Shown here: positions 58,390 through 64,000 of the stretch, one piece after another
How positions within the stretch are numbered: position 1 is the first letter of the stretch
Layout: every line of letters begins with the position of its first letter
Assembly: GCA_043827025.1 (NCBI GenBank)
Contig: JBDRPL010000005.1
Coordinates: 1-64,000 of the forward strand
DNA: 64,000 nt
Direction: 5' to 3'
DNA from: Candidatus Micrarchaeota archaeon
Lineage (GTDB): Archaea > Micrarchaeota > Micrarchaeia > Anstonellales > Bilamarchaeaceae
Notes under the pieces: generated by a model
What the model saw: the letters and a program-made list of their open reading frames with translations, nothing else
The model's database searches: none
Told to the model about the DNA's origin: nothing
Position numbers and translations under genes: made by a program

Positions 58390-59274
58390 ATGCAAATGAG
58401 GGTTCCGTTTATATTGCCTGACAGGCTTTCAGACATTCTTTCAAGGCCATTTAGCATTCCAATGGCATATCTAGCAAAGCTTTTCCCTGAAACTTCAGGT
58501 GCGCTTGAGCTTTCTGAAATAAAAATGAAGGACGTGGAATATCTGAGAAAGGCGCTGATAAATGCGTTTTTCGTAGGAATCATCCTTGGTTTTTCATTCT
58601 ATCTCTTTGCTTTCAGGATGAAAGTTTCAGATTCAATCCTATTTTTTGGCTCGATATTCTTTGGTGTTGCATTGTTTTTTGGATATTTCTTTTATCTTGT
58701 AATATTTCCTAACTGGCTGATTGTGAAAAGATCTCAGGAAATAGACGAATACCTTATATTTGCAATGAGGCACATTTCCGTGCAGGTGAGTGCAGGTGTT
58801 CCTGTTTTTGATGCCATTCAGTCAGCATCAACAGGTTATGGGGCAGTTTCCAAAGAATTTAGAAAAATAGTTACAAATGTCAACGGGGGCCAGGATTTTG
58901 CTGATGCCATAGATGAGAGTGCAGAAAAATCCCCATCAACATATTACAGGAGGATAATGTGGCAACTTTCCAACTCAACCCGGTCAGGCTATGCTATAAA
59001 AGACATACTAAAGGAATTGGTTGATTTCCTAACTGATGACCAAAAAACAAGGCTCAAGAAATTCGGTTCTGAGTTGAATGTCATTTCCATATTTTATCTT
59101 TCAACTGCAATCATACTTCCAACATTGGGGTTGATATTCGTAATAATCGCCTCTTCTTTCGGAGTAGTGAGTCCAAATACTGCAGTACTTTCGATGTTTG
59201 TATTTCTTATAACTCTTTTCAATTTGATATTTCTAGGGTTGATAAAGTCCAAGAGGCCAAGGGGGATAATGTAA
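58390..59274 (+). CDS. Type II secretion F / TadB-C family membrane platform protein
   Basis: TM pair, SAGVP...AI, YG.VSKEF, C-terminal TMs. Confidence 0.85.
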   Translation: MQMRVPFILPDRLSDILSRPFSIPMAYLAKLFPETSGALELSEIKMKDVEYLRKALINAFFVGIILGFSFYLFAFRMKVSDSILFFGSIFFGVALFFGYFFYLVIFPNWLIVKRSQEIDEYLIFAMRHISVQVSAGVPVFDAIQSASTGYGAVSKEFRKIVTNVNGGQDFADAIDESAEKSPSTYYRRIMWQLSNSTRSGYAIKDILKELVDFLTDDQKTRLKKFGSELNVISIFYLSTAIILPTLGLIFVIIASSFGVVSPNTAVLSMFVFLITLFNLIFLGLIKSKRPRGIM

Positions 59275-60206
59275 TGATTGTCGAAAACATAGGAACACTT
59301 TTGAAATATTGCGACATCGATATCAATGCAAGGAAGTTTCTTCTTTTTGTGATCTGGTTCCCATTAGGCATTTCCTTAGTATTCCCTATCATGTTTAATG
59401 CAGACCTCTTGCTTGGTTTCGTACTTTTCATAGTTTCATCAGTATTTATAGTGCTAACTATTTTTGCTTACCTGTATATGATAAAGAACAAAAGGGCAGA
59501 GCTTGTAGAGGCTAACCTTCCGGATTATCTTTTGCTTGTTGCCAATAACATAAGGAGCGGGATACCTCCTGAAAAGGCGCTCATGATCTCAGCTAAAAAA
59601 GAGTTTGGCGTATTAAGCAAGGAAGTTATGGGTGTGATGAAGCTTTCCTTTTCAGGTAAGTCCTTGGAAGAGATTCTTCCGGAGATAAGTGCAAGGATAG
59701 ACTCTGAGGTTCTCAGAAATTCCATAAACCTGATTGTCGAAGGGATGCAATCTGGAGGAGAATTGCCTTCGCTTCTTGAAAGGACGTCCTATGACCTAAG
59801 GAGCTTTGAATCAGTGAGAAAAGACATAAAATCAGTCATAACTACCTATGAATTGTTTATTGCAGCTGCAGCTTCATTTGCAGCGCCTTTGTTGCTTGCA
59901 ACATCCACTTACATCGTTCAGATAATGACCTCTTTAAAGTCAAGGATTCCGGAGGACATTGCAGCAGGTTCTATTCCAGTTTTCAAGCAAAGCGAGATTG
60001 CAATAACCTCGGATGACCTTCTTATATTTTCATTTGTCTCCATCTTCATCACTGCATTTTTTGCATCTCTTGCAATTGGCTTGATGTCAAAAGGAAAAAT
60101 AGTTGAAGGTGTAAAGAGCATTCCAATGCTTGTGGCTTTGGGGTTAGCACTTTTTTTCATATTCAGGCTGCTTCTCCAGGGGATGCTTGGGAATCTTATT
60201 GTCTAG
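59274..60206 (+). CDS. Type II secretion F / TadC family membrane platform protein
   Basis: LPDYL...NNIRSG...EKAL, FGVLS.E, SGG. Confidence 0.85.
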   Translation: MIVENIGTLLKYCDIDINARKFLLFVIWFPLGISLVFPIMFNADLLLGFVLFIVSSVFIVLTIFAYLYMIKNKRAELVEANLPDYLLLVANNIRSGIPPEKALMISAKKEFGVLSKEVMGVMKLSFSGKSLEEILPEISARIDSEVLRNSINLIVEGMQSGGELPSLLERTSYDLRSFESVRKDIKSVITTYELFIAAAASFAAPLLLATSTYIVQIMTSLKSRIPEDIAAGSIPVFKQSEIAITSDDLLIFSFVSIFITAFFASLAIGLMSKGKIVEGVKSIPMLVALGLALFFIFRLLLQGMLGNLIV

Positions 60207-60224
60207 TATTTGCTAGAATATTTT

Positions 60225-60755
60225 CTAGATTTTTATAACTTTATCACAGAGCTGGGATATTGTAGGAGTCATCTTTTCAATCTTTGGGTCGTTGATGCCT
60301 ATTGCAATTGCTTTTATTCCAAGTATTTTTGATTTCTTCATTAGGTAATAAAAGAAACGCGTTGTTGTATCCACTTCATTGTAAAGTGTAGTGCCATTTA
60401 TCAAATCAAATATTATGAATTTGAATCTGCCAGTGTTCAGGTTTTTCGTCATCAATATAGATAGTTCTGTAAGTGATCCTGGGCTTTTTATCCTTGTAAG
60501 TCCTTCTGCGTCGTTTTTTCCAGTTGCAATTATTTGAACCTTGGATTTATCTATGCCCTGTTTTTTGAAATCCTCAAGTATCGAATTGAAATCTTTGTTA
60601 GTACTTACATATATTCCAGCCATCTTTTGCTTTGAAATCAGGTTTTTCAAGAGTTTTGATGAAAGATAGGCGTAATCTTCAGTATTGGTCAAAACAATGG
60701 CGCTGTTTATTTTTTTGATTACACCCAACTCGGAATATTGGTTCTTCATGTTCAC
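60225..60755 (-). CDS. Inactive KaiC/RecA-like domain protein (DUF835-like)
   Basis: GIYVS, P.SLTEL, IIFD, LCDKVI; no Walker A. Confidence 0.6.
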   Translation of the reverse strand: MNMKNQYSELGVIKKINSAIVLTNTEDYAYLSSKLLKNLISKQKMAGIYVSTNKDFNSILEDFKKQGIDKSKVQIIATGKNDAEGLTRIKSPGSLTELSILMTKNLNTGRFKFIIFDLINGTTLYNEVDTTTRFFYYLMKKSKILGIKAIAIGINDPKIEKMTPTISQLCDKVIKI

Positions 60756-61324
60756 TGCCTCTTCCTGCCATATTGCTCGTAAAACACCAATTCTTCCAAG
60801 GATTTCCTTTCCTTTTCTTTCTGATATGCTCCTTTTTTCTCATAACCAAGGCCAATGCCAAGTATCGCTTCCTTATCTTTTGGAACGTTCAGGAGCCTGT
60901 TCGTTTCATTAACCTTGAGCGAAAGGATGCAGTTGCCAATGCCAAGCGAAGTTGCCTCGAAACACATGCTTGTCAATGCTGCACCTGAATTAAGATACCT
61001 GTGCTTTGGAAAAATCCCCATTGCTTCTGCATGGGCAGCTGCCTTTTCCTTAGTATGGACTTCTTCGCTCAGTATGACAAGTATTACTTTGGGTATGGAA
61101 TGGAAGAAACCATAGTAAACAGAATCCATTATTTTTTCGATTTTCTTTTTGTCTCTGACCACTATAAAATACCAGGGTTGGCTGTTCAATGAACTTGGAG
61201 ATAACCTGCCCGCCTCAAGAATCTTGGTTATGTCTGTTTCTTTGACATTCTAGTCTGTGAACTCATAGGTTGTCTTCCGTTCATTCGCCAGCTTGAGAAA
61301 ATCGCATCTTTTGTTGAATAGCAT
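60752..61324 (-). pseudogene. Nitroreductase-family gene interrupted by in-frame TAG at 61250-61252
   Basis: MLFNKRCDFLKLANERKTTYEFTD*NVKETDITKILEAGRLSPSSLNSQPWYF..A.SLGIG.C..GIGLGY. Confidence 0.8.
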
Positions 61325-61333
61325 GTTCTCGCC

Positions 61334-62134
61334 TCAGAATATCTCTGCATCAGGATAAACTTCAATGCCTTCCTTCTTGATCTCCATTGGCAGGAGCCTT
61401 AATGGATGTTCAGTGAAGTCTAATTTCCTTATCTGCAATGCCCTTACGTATATTGCCTGGTCTGATTTTGCTATCAGGTGAAGCATGAATACTCCGTTTG
61501 CAACAAATTCCTCGAATCCGCTTGCAGAGAATGCCCTTTCCCCTTCCTTTACATCTGAAATGGCAAGAGCAGTGCATCCTCTTTTTCGCATTATTGTTCT
61601 AAGCTGTGACAGTGCTTTCCTTACATCATAAGTGCTTTCAAAATATGCAGTTATGAAACTGAAGGGGTTTACAACAACTCTTTTAGCCCCCATCTTTTCC
61701 ACTTCATCTTCTATTAATTCTTTGAGAACATCAAACCTATAAACCTCAGGCCTTAGGACAACTAATTTCTTCTCTTTTATAAGTTTTCTAAGGTCTGGCC
61801 AGTGCATTTCCATTGCTTCTATAACTTCGTCGACTTCTTCTTCTAAGCTAATGTATAATCCTGGTTCGCCATTCTGCGCGCCATAGTAAAGGAACTGCAT
61901 GGCAAAGGTTGCCTTTCCGCTTCCAGAATAGCCTGAAAGGAGATTAAGCGTTCCTACAGGTATTCCGCCTTCAATTACAGAATCAAGGCCTTCAATGCCT
62001 GTTTTGCACCTTTCTTTTTTCTTAGGCTCCTTTTGTGTCTTTTCAATTTTTTCAGCAGTACCTTTTGGAACCTCAGCTTTCTGTTTCATCCTTGCTGCAA
62101 GCTCTTTTGTCTTGTTACGTTTCTTCGAAGGCAT
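61334..62134 (-). CDS. KaiC-like RecA-superfamily ATPase with degenerate Walker motifs
   Basis: TGIEGLD..IEGGIP, GYSGSGKAT, YISLEE, RVVVNP, RALQIRK. Confidence 0.85.
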   Translation of the reverse strand: MPSKKRNKTKELAARMKQKAEVPKGTAEKIEKTQKEPKKKERCKTGIEGLDSVIEGGIPVGTLNLLSGYSGSGKATFAMQFLYYGAQNGEPGLYISLEEEVDEVIEAMEMHWPDLRKLIKEKKLVVLRPEVYRFDVLKELIEDEVEKMGAKRVVVNPFSFITAYFESTYDVRKALSQLRTIMRKRGCTALAISDVKEGERAFSASGFEEFVANGVFMLHLIAKSDQAIYVRALQIRKLDFTEHPLRLLPMEIKKEGIEVYPDAEIF

Positions 62135-62229
62135 GAATAAAGCACCAATCTAATATTTAAAAATCATACTGTCTTCTGAAATCTGCTGTTTTTCATAAAA
62201 CATTTAAACATTTCCTGTTCATTATACTT

Positions 62230-63381
62230 ATGAAAAGGAATGTCACAGTCAACTATTTTCCTAAACCTAATTTGGATATCGAATTCGTGGAACGAAAGGG
62301 CCTTGGTCATCCTGATTCTTTGACTGATGGAATAGTTGAGTTGATATCAAGGGAGCTTTGCAAGTATTATCTTGATCATTTTGGAACAATACTTCACCAC
62401 AATGTTGACAAGGCTCAGTTGATTGCAGGGAATGTGGTTCGCAAGAAATTCATCAAACCAATCAGGTTTGTTTTGGGAGGAAGGGCAACAGATTCCTTCA
62501 AGGGAAAGAAGATTCCTGTAAAAGAAATCGCAGAAAACTCTGTTGAGTTATATCTTTCTAAGATAGTGCCTCAACTGAAATCTAAAGACTATATTATTGA
62601 TTGCTATATTGCTCCTGGTTCTGCAGACCTTAATGAGTTGTTTTTAAGAAAATCGAAGGTGCCACTGGCTAATGATACTTCTTTTGGGGTTGGCTATGCC
62701 CCCTATTCTGAGCTGGATGCTTTGGTCCTATCTGTTGAGAAATATTTAAATTCAGAGTATGCAGATAGACATTCCTATATAGGGTCCGACATCAAAGTCA
62801 TGGGATTCAGGGAAAACAACAGGATAGGTTTGACACTTTCAGTTGCTTTCATCTCAAAATTCGTTCCATCCATTGACAGCTATTTAAAATACAAGGAAAA
62901 ACTGGCTTCAGATGTTCTAAGGTATGCTGAAAAAACAATAAAAAAGAAGATCATGGTACAGATAAATACTGCTGATGACCCTAAAAACAAGTCTGTTTAT
63001 TTGACTTTATCCGGCACAAGTGCTGAAATGGGGGATGATGGAGAGGTTGGCAGAGGCAATCGGGTTAATGGTTTAATTACACCTGGAAAGCCAATGAGTT
63101 TGGAGGCAGCTGCTGGTAAAAATCCAGTAACGCATGTTGGTAAGCTATATAACATACTGGCATTTGAAACTGCCAAACAAATTTCAGAGGAATTGGATAC
63201 CTATGCAGAAATCTATCTGCTTTCTTTTATCGGGACACCAATCAATGTTCCAAAAGCAGCATACCTAAAGATTTCAAGGAAAAATATAGAAAAGAAAGCC
63301 CAGTATATTCTCTCAAAGAATATCGAGGATATCCAGGATTTGACTTCAAAGCTAGTCTCTGGGAAATTAAGCATTTTCTAG
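62230..63381 (+). CDS. mat: S-adenosylmethionine synthetase, archaeal type
   Basis: [46 protein letters not shown]. Confidence 0.95.
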   Translation: MKRNVTVNYFPKPNLDIEFVERKGLGHPDSLTDGIVELISRELCKYYLDHFGTILHHNVDKAQLIAGNVVRKKFIKPIRFVLGGRATDSFKGKKIPVKEIAENSVELYLSKIVPQLKSKDYIIDCYIAPGSADLNELFLRKSKVPLANDTSFGVGYAPYSELDALVLSVEKYLNSEYADRHSYIGSDIKVMGFRENNRIGLTLSVAFISKFVPSIDSYLKYKEKLASDVLRYAEKTIKKKIMVQINTADDPKNKSVYLTLSGTSAEMGDDGEVGRGNRVNGLITPGKPMSLEAAAGKNPVTHVGKLYNILAFETAKQISEELDTYAEIYLLSFIGTPINVPKAAYLKISRKNIEKKAQYILSKNIEDIQDLTSKLVSGKLSIF

Positions 63382-63405
63382 CTTTCTAGAGGCGCGTTCG
63401 AGTTC

Positions 63406-63469
63406 GCATCTTAGCTAATACATTTGCTAAGATGTATGCATCCTAGCTAATCAATTGACTAAAATGCAT
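63406..63469. promoter_or_regulatory. Two tandem ~32-bp imperfect palindromes (possible operators)
   Basis: GCATCTTAGC-N-GCTAAGATGT followed by GCATCCTAGC-N-GACTAAAATGC, upstream of the next gene. Confidence 0.5.
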
Positions 63470-63501
63470 ATATTTTTAAAGCAAATAGACTTAATATACT
63501 C

Positions 63502-64000
63502 ATGGACGTAAACCAAGAAATACTGGAGCTTAGTGCAAGGGCAAAGGAAGAGGGAAAAGAATATCCAAAAAAAAGGTTTTTCCATGACAAGATAATGAGT
63601 TATCTGCCAGAGCGAATTTTCATTGCTTTGGTTGGTCCGCGAGGCGTTGGAAAAACAGTAACACTAAAACAAATATTGTCTGAGACTGAGGCCGCACTTT
63701 ATGTCTCTCTTGATACAACAAAACCTGAAAACGGAATATATGATTTTGCAAAAGAAGCTGAAGGAAGAGGCATAAAATTGTTACTTCTTGATGAGGTGCA
63801 CAATTATCCGGGTTTTGATCGAGAACTTAAAAAAATATACGATGTTCTGAAAATCAATGTGATATTTACTTCTTCAGCAGCACTTGCACTTCATGAGTTA
63901 ACCTATGACCTCTCACGGCGCGTAAGGGTATTGCCAGCACCACCATTTTCCTTCAGAGAATTTGTATTTTTTGAAAAAGGAGATAAACCGCCAGCACTAT
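63502..64000 (+). CDS. AAA+ ATPase (COG1373/AAA_14-type), 3'-truncated by window end
   Basis: Hand-translated: LVGPRGVGKT, YVSLD, LLLDEVH, TSS, DLSRR, PFSFREF. Confidence 0.85.
   Translation, partial: MDVNQEILELSARAKEEGKEYPKKRFFHDKIMSYLPERIFIALVGPRGVGKTVTLKQILSETEAALYVSLDTTKPENGIYDFAKEAEGRGIKLLLLDEVHNYPGFDRELKKIYDVLKINVIFTSSAALALHELTYDLSRRVRVLPAPPFSFREFVFFEKGDKPPAL

Noticed and set aside
51824..60206. Archaellum locus
   Set aside because: No archaellin or FlaF/G/H-like cassette is recognisable; two TadC-like genes and QxSxEF-type pilins indicate a pilus.
61250..61252. Genome-wide amber recoding or pyrrolysine
   Set aside because: Many conserved genes in the window end at TAG at the expected length, and no pyl genes are seen.

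Overview
Archaeal chromosomal segment. The archaeal-type EF-2, uS12/uS7, uS13/uS4/uS11-RpoD, Spt5-SecE-FtsZ, EF-1beta, Cbf5, ThiI and MAT genes, class III signal-peptide pilins and intron-rich tRNAs suggest a DPANN/Micrarchaeota-like organism (lineage is inference). Most of the window is housekeeping and transport. It also holds a complete type IV pilus locus (51.8-60.2 kb) and four tRNAs: Ser-GGA with a 79-nt intron, Gly-CCC with two introns, Arg-GCG and Leu-GAG. Best candidate for an undescribed system: a ~4.4-kb element integrated at the tRNA-Leu 3' end (45361-49769). It carries a truncated tyrosine-integrase N-terminus, repeated CTCAGA-N5-TCTGAG palindromes at both ends, a hairpin-rich non-coding block and a translationally coupled HAD hydrolase / PD-(D/E)XK nuclease / beta-CASP metallo-hydrolase operon (candidate defence module). 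Other oddities are tandem hairpins copying the tRNA-Ser 5' end, a uS12 with altered decoding-centre motifs, and three genes with single disruptions (an amber codon in a nitroreductase and two probable frameshifts). All protein calls come from motif recognition by eye; no database searches were run.
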